Both the position numbers and the translations under genes were made by a program. Positions 22,935 to 32,247 of a stretch of 43,228 nucleotides of DNA are shown in pieces. Below the pieces are notes generated by a model that did no database searches, was not told the origin of the DNA, and saw only the letters and a program-made list of their open reading frames with translations. Source of the stretch: a virus; the IMG/VR virus record IMGVR_UViG_3300024518_000010; one strand, 5' to 3'. Position 1 is the first letter of the stretch. Each line of letters begins with the position of its first letter.

Positions 22935-24572
22935 TTATCCGGTTACAATTACTCGATATTCACCCGCGCTAGGGGCAAGGTTGAAGCTTAAAGTTATGGT
23001 GTTGGTGCTGGTTCGTTCTACGTCACAGATTACAGTCTCGTATGGAGAGGCAACGGTGTATAGTTCTACGGTCACGTCTCGGGTGCCAAGGTTGTGGGTG
23101 ATTACTTCAGTTGCTGTGCCGCCCGTGATAGTCACTACGTATCGGCCAAACCCGGTCATATTACCCCAGGCAAGATAGTAGCTGCCTTCCTGGTCATCCA
23201 GCTTATCGGCATTTAGATTGGAGACCTTAGTAGTAGAGGCAACAATGAGTGGCGCTGTGCCTGTGGTAATGTCCGATTCAAATGATTCTGCCGTCAGCTT
23301 GTAAGACCCGATATCCCATGCCGCATTGACAGTGATGTGTGTCTGGTTGATTGCCGTCCAAGCAGGAACTGCCGCTACTCCACCCGTTGACTCAGACAAC
23401 AGAAACACGGGGTTGTTGGAAGTGTCGCCCCCAAGCTTTGCTAAAACAGGAGAGGCATCCCCAACTAGTATGTCGCCCTTTGTATATGACGTAATGTTGG
23501 TGCCGCCATTTGCCTGGGGCAATGTCCCGTTGACTGCGGCAGACTGAGCTAATTCTATTGCCCCGAAACTAGGCACGGCAGAACCATTGGCTCGCAACAC
23601 CTGGTAGTTGGCAGGGGCAGAGATAAATCCTATAGTCGAGGTGCCCGAGCAGTATGGTAGGTCGTATTGAGTATAGCTGCCGCTCTGTGCAAATGACACA
23701 GTAGACCCAGTTACATCAATACCATTGCCTGCCGTGAGTCCAGACAGATCGAAAACTTTAATCCACGGCACAGACTCATATGTTCCTGGCGCATCACCGG
23801 GATCCCATATCGGGTCGGTCCCAGCAGAATCAATTTGGCATAGCCAGCCAGTGCCTGATAGCGTGTCGCCGCTCGTAACAATAGTGTATGCTGCCGTCAG
23901 TTCGGCAATAGTATCAGACGCCGTAGACCTGGCCCATATTCCTGCCGCCGCTAAGTAAATACCGTTCTCTTCTACATTGGTTTGGTCTTTGACAAGGATC
24001 CGGTTAGTTGCCGTTATAGTGGCAGTTGTATCCATGCCCCCCAGTGAGGGTCCGAGCCCACCCGTTACAAGATCCACATTGCCGGTCGTGGTATACAGAC
24101 AGTCAGTTTTTGATTGCCAATTTACAGCCGAGTCATCTACGTATTTCTTGGTAGCGGCATCTAAATCATTGCTTGGCGCTGTAATCCGCAGTCGCCCTGA
24201 CGAGTCTCTAACCGCCACCTCTTCAGCCCCGGCAGGTAGTAGTGTTGCCGTCCATCCATCGAGCTTGTCTACATCCAGGTTTGTTACTTTCGCAGTGCCA
24301 GATGCAACGGCAAACGGGGCTGCCCCACCCCCAACTCCGTTAAACGTCCACAAGGCAGAAATGGTTTCGGCACTCTCTAGTTGCGGGATGTTGTAGTATG
24401 TGCTGGTCGATGTGGCATTGTAGCCGATGTGATCACTTGAGGTATCGTAGTAAAGCCTGCCCTTGTCGTGGTTGGACGCAGGCGCCCCGCTCTGATTCTG
24501 TAGCCGGAGATTCATTATCTCATTCCGGTTCATGTCCAGATCTACGGTAAATTGTCTACTGTATGTGCCCAT
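22935..24572 (-). CDS. Tail fibre protein, 545 aa
   Basis: Repeated (V/A)DKLDG motifs (NLDVDKLDG, NLNADKLDD). The C-terminal beta-sandwich-like domain ITHNLGTRDVTVELY... is shared with the 148-aa protein. Confidence 0.7.
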   Translation of the reverse strand: MGTYSRQFTVDLDMNRNEIMNLRLQNQSGAPASNHDKGRLYYDTSSDHIGYNATSTSTYYNIPQLESAETISALWTFNGVGGGAAPFAVASGTAKVTNLDVDKLDGWTATLLPAGAEEVAVRDSSGRLRITAPSNDLDAATKKYVDDSAVNWQSKTDCLYTTTGNVDLVTGGLGPSLGGMDTTATITATNRILVKDQTNVEENGIYLAAAGIWARSTASDTIAELTAAYTIVTSGDTLSGTGWLCQIDSAGTDPIWDPGDAPGTYESVPWIKVFDLSGLTAGNGIDVTGSTVSFAQSGSYTQYDLPYCSGTSTIGFISAPANYQVLRANGSAVPSFGAIELAQSAAVNGTLPQANGGTNITSYTKGDILVGDASPVLAKLGGDTSNNPVFLLSESTGGVAAVPAWTAINQTHITVNAAWDIGSYKLTAESFESDITTGTAPLIVASTTKVSNLNADKLDDQEGSYYLAWGNMTGFGRYVVTITGGTATEVITHNLGTRDVTVELYTVASPYETVICDVERTSTNTITLSFNLAPSAGEYRVIVTG

Positions 24573-25018
24573 TAGTTAAGGTATGCTGTGCCTGATTCGG
24601 TAGTATTGAAAGAGTATGTCAGCGCATTGACGCTTGTATAATCTAGTTGGCCGAGTAGTTCGTTGCCCAGGCTGTTCACGACTGTTATGTTTGGATAGGC
24701 ATCTAGGTTATGTGTTATCGTCCATACTGCTGTCGGGCTCGCTTGGACGTGAGTATATTTGTTAGCGAAAGATATCGCAGACCCCCATGCCCCGGCTGCC
24801 TTGGGACCATAGAGGCCAAAAGTAGTTTTGTTGAGGTAGTAATCCCCATCGTCGCCCAGAGTTGAAGCAGGGACCCCATTGCCTGCCAGAAATTTAGAAT
24901 CGACAAAGTTAGCTAGTGTAATCGACGGCGAACCAAGGGCGTTCAATCGTGCCAGGGTTATAGTGTCATCCCCTGCCGTGAACTGGTAGCCAGGAACTAT
25001 AGTTGCCGAGAGTGACAT
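24572..25018 (-). CDS. Short fibre / adaptor protein, 148 aa (anchor N-terminus plus HNL-type C-domain)
   Basis: MSLSATIVPGYQFTAGDDTITLARLNALGSPSI plus WTITHNLDAYPNITVVNS... Confidence 0.65.
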   Translation of the reverse strand: MSLSATIVPGYQFTAGDDTITLARLNALGSPSITLANFVDSKFLAGNGVPASTLGDDGDYYLNKTTFGLYGPKAAGAWGSAISFANKYTHVQASPTAVWTITHNLDAYPNITVVNSLGNELLGQLDYTSVNALTYSFNTTESGTAYLN

Positions 25019-27891
25019 TATGTTTTACTGCCAAATAGCCCTTGCCCCGTGAGAGAATCTACGGTTGCCTCTTTTATCCGTATTCGGCCTTGTGTGTTGA
25101 CTACTTTGATTTGTCCGTATTCGCTTTCACGCGCAGACACTCGATACTTCTCCTGAAAATCCTGTAGCCTGTTCGGGTTAAACCCACTACCGGCCGATAT
25201 TCCACTGTCTATATCCAACGAATAGTCTTCGCGGTAGGCAGTTCCATGATCATCGTTTACGTTGGTTGCGTCGTAGGCTACTTTAGTGAAGGGCCGGGTG
25301 TAGCGGGTGTTTGATTTTGTTTTGGCTGATACCAGGGTCTGTGTCTCGTTCACACCCTCTGTCTGGTAGCTGATAGTGTAGCTCGGTTTCCATGTTGCCA
25401 AGTTCAGCCGCGCCACTGTTCCGAACCTATATTCTTTGCTAGGCGCTCGGTATCCTCGGGTAGTGAGAGTTGTGTCAATATCTTCCCGGCCATTGTAGTT
25501 GCTAGAGCTAGTGTTTCTGGCATCGTCTCCATCAAATGCCTCTTCCATCAAATTGATATACCCATCGGCATCGGCAAATAGAAGCCTGCTTACGCCCCCG
25601 ACTGGGCCAATCAAGAACTCAGTAGCCCTCATTGCCGGGTGGGCGCCGGATCCATAATCAACGCCACTCCATTGCTTGTTCAAAAAGTCATATACCAGGA
25701 TCGCATTGTTCTCACCTTCTACGGCACGTTTGATTGTGCTTGTTACCGGGATGCTTTGCGGATCCAGCAATAGTTTGTCGCCAGTTTCCAGCAACAGATA
25801 GTCACCAGTCTCTAGCAACAGGGCGCCACTATTTGATTCTGCCGGACCCTGAACAGTCATGGACTCACTATTAGTTGTCCAAGAAAATGAGGTAGTGGGG
25901 GTTGTGGTTAGTAGCCCAGTCCAATCGTCGCTGTAGATACCCAACGTAGCGGCATCAACCCCTGGCTCGAATCTGTATTTCTGACCGATGATCAGGTTGT
26001 CAACCAGTATAAGCCCACCATCAGGATACGAGGTGCTGGCAAAGACGTTTTCGGTCGCTTCGTTGTATGGAGATCCCAGCGGCACGGCAACAAACAGCTT
26101 ATTGTCCCAGTAGGCCATGCGTATCTTGTGCCCGTAGCGCCAGTCGATGGAGTCAATGAGGGGCTGTATCGGTTTGGAAATTGGTTCGTCTACCCCAAAC
26201 ATCTCGCCTTGCTCTGTGTGCCGTAAGCTTACTACCCCCCGCCTATCGGACATGAACAACACATCTCTGCCTACCACGGCAAAGGCACTTTTAGCTGATA
26301 GCCCGTAGTCGGATATGAGCGATTTCAATACCGGTGTCGGAGTAGTGCCGCTATCAGAAGTAACAGAGGTAAGATAAAACACGCTCCTGTCCTTGAAGCA
26401 GATCACTTCGTTGTCACTGATGCTTGCCACATCCACTAGCTCGTCATCACTGCCCTGGTTGATCCGCATGTGGTTAGTGAAATACGTAGTCGTCGGATCC
26501 AGGAAGTCGGTCAAAAATACAAAGTCAGTCTTGTCATAAGCGGCAGTTGGGCTACCAGACAGGTCGGCGGCAAATTTGTAGTTGCTGGTAAAAAGGATTC
26601 GGTTCTGTGCCGCTACCCCCCTTACGCCGTTTGGAGTCTGGGTGTATACTTGATCCCAGTTCGAGCCGGACGTTGGGTGGTTTACGTCTCTTGCCGTGGT
26701 GGCTGAACTACACTTGTAATAGTGAATCGCGTCAACAGCCTGATTGAAGGCAGCCCCACCCCAATAAGGAGATGCCATTGTGCTATCTCGTGGACCCCAT
26801 AGCGCCTCTGCGGTAGTGTCCCAATATAGGTTATCATCTCCTGTGCTGCCCACACCTGGATCCCCAGCGGCACTATATAACGTCCTCACTGAGCCGGTCG
26901 GCAAATCTTCGTCTAGGTAATTGCTTAAATCGAATCGGAAATGGTCATCGTGCCCGGTAACAGCCTCCATGTTATTCAGCACATCGGCAACTGTGAGTAA
27001 CCCGGTTAGCGTGGTATCGCCCTTTGCCGCATCGGCATCTAGTTCAAACTTGCCTTCGCCCTCACCGGCATCTGGGAAAACCAAAACATCGCCAGAACTT
27101 AGGGCAGACGACAAGGCATCTACGGTAATGGTGCTGGCATTGACTGTTGCCGTTGCTTGGTTGAGCCGAACAACAAATCCCAGGTTAATATCGACTCGTA
27201 GACTGGTTGTGTCGGCGGTATCGTTGTATAGGTCTACCTGGCTGCCCTCTTTAAACCCGTGTGCGGCAGTTGTTTTATACGTAATGACTGAGCCAGTGAA
27301 CCCAGTATCATAGGCAGCCGTAGAAAGCCCCACCTCTGTGCCCCACGACACAATGTCTTCGTTCTCGGAGACGGCATCATAGGCCACGGCAGGATCATAG
27401 CGCCCTTTGAAGTTGGGAGACGCCGAAACAATATCCGACATGTCCAAAAATCCATCATCAATGTTGTTGAGCAAAAGCGGAGGCAGCCCAACCCCACGTA
27501 GCATCATCACAAACCCAGCAGACTGGACAAACTGCACATCAGCCCATATGCCTACGCCGCGAGGCAAGGTAAGTTCGACTGGAGTGTTGTTTTCTCTGGC
27601 CCAATAAACCTTACCATCGGCAGCAATGAGGTAATACAGTATCGAGTTCGGATCTCGAAAAACCCCCAACCCATAGATCTTGCCCCAAGGCGTAATGCGA
27701 TAAGGATCGTGGTTTGCCCCTGATGTGTTTTGTAACCACACGGGACGAGTCACCCCTAGCCTAGTCGAAGCGACCCCATCTCTGAAGCGCATGTTACGTG
27801 CTTCTGAAACGAGGCCAGGACTAAGCCTACCTGGATCCACCCGCATATCAACGCCGATGAACCCTATGTCTCCGGTAGTTTCTACGGCCAT
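25018..27891 (-). CDS. Large tail protein, 957 aa (candidate nozzle / tail tubular B-type)
   Basis: Assigned by size, position and the N-terminal GVDMRVDPGRLSPGLVSEARNMRFRDGV pattern. Contains LLLETGDYLLLETGDKLLLD. Confidence 0.55.
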   Translation of the reverse strand: MAVETTGDIGFIGVDMRVDPGRLSPGLVSEARNMRFRDGVASTRLGVTRPVWLQNTSGANHDPYRITPWGKIYGLGVFRDPNSILYYLIAADGKVYWARENNTPVELTLPRGVGIWADVQFVQSAGFVMMLRGVGLPPLLLNNIDDGFLDMSDIVSASPNFKGRYDPAVAYDAVSENEDIVSWGTEVGLSTAAYDTGFTGSVITYKTTAAHGFKEGSQVDLYNDTADTTSLRVDINLGFVVRLNQATATVNASTITVDALSSALSSGDVLVFPDAGEGEGKFELDADAAKGDTTLTGLLTVADVLNNMEAVTGHDDHFRFDLSNYLDEDLPTGSVRTLYSAAGDPGVGSTGDDNLYWDTTAEALWGPRDSTMASPYWGGAAFNQAVDAIHYYKCSSATTARDVNHPTSGSNWDQVYTQTPNGVRGVAAQNRILFTSNYKFAADLSGSPTAAYDKTDFVFLTDFLDPTTTYFTNHMRINQGSDDELVDVASISDNEVICFKDRSVFYLTSVTSDSGTTPTPVLKSLISDYGLSAKSAFAVVGRDVLFMSDRRGVVSLRHTEQGEMFGVDEPISKPIQPLIDSIDWRYGHKIRMAYWDNKLFVAVPLGSPYNEATENVFASTSYPDGGLILVDNLIIGQKYRFEPGVDAATLGIYSDDWTGLLTTTPTTSFSWTTNSESMTVQGPAESNSGALLLETGDYLLLETGDKLLLDPQSIPVTSTIKRAVEGENNAILVYDFLNKQWSGVDYGSGAHPAMRATEFLIGPVGGVSRLLFADADGYINLMEEAFDGDDARNTSSSNYNGREDIDTTLTTRGYRAPSKEYRFGTVARLNLATWKPSYTISYQTEGVNETQTLVSAKTKSNTRYTRPFTKVAYDATNVNDDHGTAYREDYSLDIDSGISAGSGFNPNRLQDFQEKYRVSARESEYGQIKVVNTQGRIRIKEATVDSLTGQGLFGSKT

Positions 27892-27897
27892 AGTAGC

Positions 27898-28101
27898 CTA
27901 CTTCTTGTTGGCAGGAGCAGGAGGAAGGGTGTTGGCAGGAATAATGTTGGGAGGAGCCTCTGCTGTTGCCTGTTCCCGCCTGTTGTGGATAGCCTGTTGC
28001 AAAGCCACAATGTTCTGTTCAATCTGTTTCGCCGATTCGATTTGTTGATAGCACATCGACTCTAGTTTCTCCAGAGATAGTTTCGTTATATCCATTTGCA
28101 T
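27898..28101 (-). CDS. Coiled-coil protein, 67 aa, with Pro-rich C-terminus
   Basis: The tracked ORF starts with TTG at 28128. The ATG at 28101 (MQMDITK) is preferred because it avoids a 23-nt overlap. Confidence 0.45.
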   Translation of the reverse strand: MQMDITKLSLEKLESMCYQQIESAKQIEQNIVALQQAIHNRREQATAEAPPNIIPANTLPPAPANKK

Positions 28102-28105
28102 ATTG

Positions 28106-28600
28106 TTACCGTTTGAGAACTGTCGCAACTAAGCCAGCAACTTCACCAGCTATTCCGGCAATATCTGCCTGTTTGCGAACTGCTTTCTTTACGGTCCCGT
28201 CGGTGCTGCCATTCTCGATACCCTTGACCAAAGCAGTTTGTATTTGATCTGCTGTAGTCAGGGCTGCCGAAAGTTGTGTTTGCTTCTGTTCTGCGGCTCG
28301 TTTTTTATTAGTCTGGAATCGGGCAAACCACCCAAGTCCAACAGACGAGAGCCCCAGTAAAATTGATAAAACGCCTCCTGCCGGACCAGGCACATAGGGA
28401 GTCACGCTTTTTGCCGTAGATATGCCGGATCGAATGCCGGGTTTTACTACAATGTTTGTTACTAAAATGGAGTTGGTCTTGAAGGTGCCATCGCTCATCT
28501 CCGCTACAACTTGCCGCTCTACAACTTCCTGGTCAAACCAAGTGGCGCAACCAGTGGCAAAGCAGATAATCAGTATTGGAATTATGTGTGGTATCTTCAT
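28106..28600 (-). CDS. Predicted lipoprotein with an additional internal TM helix, 164 aa
   Basis: Signal peptide plus lipobox-like MKIPHIIPILIICFATGC. Second hydrophobic helix GGVLSILLGLSSVGLGWFARF. Confidence 0.6.
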   Translation of the reverse strand: MKIPHIIPILIICFATGCATWFDQEVVERQVVAEMSDGTFKTNSILVTNIVVKPGIRSGISTAKSVTPYVPGPAGGVLSILLGLSSVGLGWFARFQTNKKRAAEQKQTQLSAALTTADQIQTALVKGIENGSTDGTVKKAVRKQADIAGIAGEVAGLVATVLKR

Positions 28601-29025
28601 GAACTAACGTCGCTCTTTTTAGCATGTCCCGTGCCTAGCCCTGCCTCTTTCAGTCTAGCCCTTACCTGCCGCTCGACCTTCATCTGCTCTAAAAAATCAT
28701 TCAGCAATTCAGTCAATCGGTCCATGCGTGTGTCTATTCGTGCAAGCAATCGCTGATCTCCCCACCACCTTGGCAAACTAGTTTCGGGATCTATGGCCCT
28801 CGGTCCCAAATGGCAATCCCACAATTCGTTATTTTTGTCCTCGATACGACGGAGAGTATCCATGAGCGCCTTGCTTTTTGCCTCTGCTAAGGCACAGGAA
28901 CTCGTCGCAGCTTCAGACTTGGGGGGTTTGATTTTGTTGGCCAGGATCTTAATGACCTCGACCAACGCCAATGCAACGGCAAATGCTGCCCCCGTTGTAA
29001 CAGTATCTGATGTAACACCGAACAC
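28597..29025 (-). CDS. N-terminal TM plus coiled-coil protein, 142 aa
   Basis: GAAFAVALALVEVIKILA is followed by charged helical sequence. GTG start. ATGA overlap with the lipoprotein gene. Confidence 0.5.
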   Translation of the reverse strand: MFGVTSDTVTTGAAFAVALALVEVIKILANKIKPPKSEAATSSCALAEAKSKALMDTLRRIEDKNNELWDCHLGPRAIDPETSLPRWWGDQRLLARIDTRMDRLTELLNDFLEQMKVERQVRARLKEAGLGTGHAKKSDVSS

Positions 29026-29030
29026 CTTTG

Positions 29031-29249
29031 TTATTCTGGTTCTGGATCGGCCAATTCACCGGTGATCACAATAGGATCCGCATCACTGCCTTTGTGGCTT
29101 CTGTGCCAATCCCGGAGCGACCGTTTCAGAAAATTGATCACGATTTGTTTGCTGTTAGCGGCAGAGGCAGGCCCACCATTTTGTTCAGAAAGGGCAGAGT
29201 TTAGGTCGTCTACGTGTTCTGCTGGTACGTCTATAGTTAAGTTTGGCAT
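29031..29249 (-). CDS. Hypothetical acidic protein, 72 aa
   Basis: Tracked ORF in a tightly packed operon. Confidence 0.5.
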   Translation of the reverse strand: MPNLTIDVPAEHVDDLNSALSEQNGGPASAANSKQIVINFLKRSLRDWHRSHKGSDADPIVITGELADPEPE

Positions 29250-29264
29250 AGTTGTTGTGTTATA

Positions 29265-30044
29265 TTAATCGTCTACTAAAATTCCCCACCAAGAGCATGA
29301 CCCCTCGGCACTAATGGCATCGGGCCAACCACTTACTTTCACAATAGATAGTGCCGGGATAGTAATAGCTAGTTCATGGTTGCCCCCGTTTTGGTTCACG
29401 TAGCCCGTGTCTTTGAAACAAAACACACCGGCAGATAAAACCCCCGACATGTCAGTTGATCGAATCCTAAAAGCAACTCGTTTACCTTGAGCCTCATTGA
29501 AGCTCCAGTGGCGCAAAACTAGTCGTTTGCCGTTAGGCACCATGCGGTGAGGCACTAACGATTTGTTGCCCCCCTGGTGGATCATGTTATACACTAGCCC
29601 GACAGTACCAGTTTTGTAAATCTTGATGTGGTCTTCTGCTACTCCATTGCTGCCTACGGTCAGGGCATACATGTCATTCACGAATCTAATGTCCGTAGCA
29701 ACAGTGTTGACCCCCGATGTCCCGTTTAGCGTAATGTCCTCGGTCTGTTCATCCCCACTTGCATCCAAATACTCAAGTCGCAAAGTCAAGATGCCTGTCG
29801 CGGAAGTCCCGTTATCTGCTTGTGACTCTGATACCACAGTCATTTGCTCACCAGCGCCAGCAGGAGTAGGTATTTCTACAGTAGATGTAGGCGCAGGACT
29901 TAGTTCATTGCCTCGCCAAATATCTTCACCAGTAGCAGTCGTACCCATAGACTCGCGTTCCCCCATGGCACTCAGGATAGAACGGCCTGCCACATTGCCG
30001 AGAGCTGTCTCTACTAGAACTTCTTGTTCAGCAAAATACGTCAC
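29265..30044 (-). CDS. Virion-module protein, 259 aa, function unknown
   Basis: Tracked ORF immediately following the 676-aa fibre-like gene. Confidence 0.6.
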   Translation of the reverse strand: MTYFAEQEVLVETALGNVAGRSILSAMGERESMGTTATGEDIWRGNELSPAPTSTVEIPTPAGAGEQMTVVSESQADNGTSATGILTLRLEYLDASGDEQTEDITLNGTSGVNTVATDIRFVNDMYALTVGSNGVAEDHIKIYKTGTVGLVYNMIHQGGNKSLVPHRMVPNGKRLVLRHWSFNEAQGKRVAFRIRSTDMSGVLSAGVFCFKDTGYVNQNGGNHELAITIPALSIVKVSGWPDAISAEGSCSWWGILVDD

Positions 30045-32075
30045 TTAGATAGCTTCCCAATTGGTCACGTCGTAAGCCATGAAAGTCACGTTGTTTGCGG
30101 CAGCTATTGTGCTCGCTGTGTCCACGCCACCACCATTGATGTTATCGCCAGAGGCAGGAAATACTTGTAGGGTGTTTGCGCCGTTGTTGATCACGACTAC
30201 CTTTAACCCGATAACGGCAGAAGGCAGTGTCACGGTGTCGTTGGTATTGGCTACCGTAGCAACCTCATTCACCGATGTGGTTAGCGCCTGTTGCCCCTGG
30301 GTTTGGGTCACAGAGGCAGTGATGCCGGACGTAACTGAGCTGTATACGTATCCATCAAATCGAACATCCCCAGCATCTACGAATAGAGCATAGTTACTAC
30401 CACCCTCTGTCGGGGCATTCGCGATATGAACGGTAGTTGCAATTGTCGCAGATCCAGATGTTTCCGTAATGGCGGGTTCGGTTATCCTAAGTGTGGCGAC
30501 AACCCCATGCGCTCCACCTGAATTAATCACCGTCCCGTCTGGAGCAAATCGAACAGTAGACAAATCACTTGTCCCTCCGCTCGCAGTAATAACGCCCCGG
30601 CAATGGAGTTGGTGTCCACCGGAGGAACTAAAATCTCGATCAATTACCAAAGTATCCGCACTAGAAACCGCACTTCCGTTACCAACAGCCCCATAGCCTT
30701 CTAGATCGAAGTTGCCTCCTACGGTTAAAGGACCAGAAACAAGATCAAGCTCACCAGTGGATGCAAGAGTCATGCGCGTGCTTCCTGCCGTAACGAATCC
30801 CATGCCGTCAGTGGCGTGTGAATAAGTAATCTGCCCTCTCGCTCTTGTTGCGTCCGAAAACATTAATCCCCCGGAATCAGATGCCCCATTAATGATATTG
30901 ATGTATGCGTGAGTGGCATCTTCCAGAGTAAGAATATCGTTCGCCCCCGCCGCCGATCCACCAGCGCCCCGACTAACGTGCAATGAACTTTCGGCTGCTG
31001 CCAAACCAATAGCGACATTACCATCAAATCGAGCATCACCAGCATCTACGAACAGCGCATAGTTACTACCGCCCTCTGTCGGTGCATCCTGAATGTAAAC
31101 CGTAGTGGCAATTGTCGCACTGCCAGAAGTCTCTGTAATCGCGGGTTCGACAACTGTAAGAGTTGACACTATGCCATGAGCGCCGCCAGAATTAATTACC
31201 GTACCTTCAGGATCGAAATTAACCTGTTGTAGATTGTTTGTGCCACTCGTAGCTGTGCCAATCCCGGCAACTGTAAGCTGGCGAATAGTGGCCCCTGAAA
31301 AGTCACGATCAATGATTAACGTGGTGTGCGAACCTAGCGACTGGCCGTTACCAACAGCCCCATAGCCTTCTAGGTCGAAATTACCTGCGACATCGAGAAG
31401 CGTTGCGGGGGTTTTGCCGATGCCGAAATTACCAGCGTTATCAATCCTCACGCGCTCAGTCAAACTATTCGACCCATCGGGAACTGTGTAGAACAGTAAG
31501 CGCCCCGGCATATCAGTAGTATCTGCTGCTGAATCAGGTGTCCCGTCAAGCTGTGCAAGAACTGCCGCCGAATTCACGAAATCAGTTGCCGCCCCTGAAT
31601 AGCCCTGAAAATAAACCCCACCCAACGATTCACCGTCCGCAACTACTGTTGGTGATGCAATAGTCCCTCCGGCTTTACGAAGGTATAGAATCGCACTTTT
31701 AGTATTGGTGTTATTGTATGTCGAGAAGTAACCGTTCAAACTATTGTCTTTACTAAACTCGAAATCACCACCAGTCAAAACAACAAACCGATCAGTCCCG
31801 TCCTCCTGCAATCGAAAATCCGTTGTCCCGGCATTGGCAACATCATAGTCAATAAGCATATCGGTCCCATTGAACGAAACAGCCCCATCACTGCCGGTGC
31901 CGACTAGATACTTTTGTCCATCTTGTAGGATAGGATTGAACGGCAGCCCTGAAGTCTTGCCAAGTAGTTCCTCTAGTGCTATCCGTTTAGAAGTAGCCCC
32001 GTCAACAATATAAATATAATCTGTCGCCTGTGGATCTGTGACCAACGTAAGCGCACTGGTTTTTGTATCTGCCAT
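30045..32075 (-). CDS. Fibre/spike-like protein, 676 aa, with an internal ~122-aa tandem domain duplication
   Basis: aa 231-352 and aa 454-575 align (GNFDLEGYGAVGNG...SNYALFVDAGD.RFDG). At the DNA level 31020..31385 aligns with 30351..30716, offset 669 bp. Confidence 0.7.
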   Translation of the reverse strand: MADTKTSALTLVTDPQATDYIYIVDGATSKRIALEELLGKTSGLPFNPILQDGQKYLVGTGSDGAVSFNGTDMLIDYDVANAGTTDFRLQEDGTDRFVVLTGGDFEFSKDNSLNGYFSTYNNTNTKSAILYLRKAGGTIASPTVVADGESLGGVYFQGYSGAATDFVNSAAVLAQLDGTPDSAADTTDMPGRLLFYTVPDGSNSLTERVRIDNAGNFGIGKTPATLLDVAGNFDLEGYGAVGNGQSLGSHTTLIIDRDFSGATIRQLTVAGIGTATSGTNNLQQVNFDPEGTVINSGGAHGIVSTLTVVEPAITETSGSATIATTVYIQDAPTEGGSNYALFVDAGDARFDGNVAIGLAAAESSLHVSRGAGGSAAGANDILTLEDATHAYINIINGASDSGGLMFSDATRARGQITYSHATDGMGFVTAGSTRMTLASTGELDLVSGPLTVGGNFDLEGYGAVGNGSAVSSADTLVIDRDFSSSGGHQLHCRGVITASGGTSDLSTVRFAPDGTVINSGGAHGVVATLRITEPAITETSGSATIATTVHIANAPTEGGSNYALFVDAGDVRFDGYVYSSVTSGITASVTQTQGQQALTTSVNEVATVANTNDTVTLPSAVIGLKVVVINNGANTLQVFPASGDNINGGGVDTASTIAAANNVTFMAYDVTNWEAI

Positions 32076-32087
32076 GATGTTAGTAGT

Positions 32088-32243
32088 TTATTCTAAAAGT
32101 AATTTGTCGCCGGTTTCGAGCAGCAAGTAGTCTACTGCTTCGAGCAGCAATGAGCCCGTGGTGGTGGAGTCGTATGGAAATCTAGGCATTGCCGTGGACA
32201 ACTGGTCAACTTCTATCGTAGATCCTATGCCGCCTACTTCCAT
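32088..32243 (-). CDS. Untracked 51-aa ORF carrying the LLLE..DYLLLETGDKLLLE motif
   Basis: Hand translation gives MEVGGIGSTIEVDQLSTAMPRFPYDSTTTGSLLLEAVDYLLLETGDKLLLE. It fills an otherwise empty 170-nt gap, lying 4 nt after the upstream stop and 12 nt before the next ATG. Confidence 0.5.
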   Translation of the reverse strand: MEVGGIGSTIEVDQLSTAMPRFPYDSTTTGSLLLEAVDYLLLETGDKLLLE

Positions 32244-32247
32244 AATA

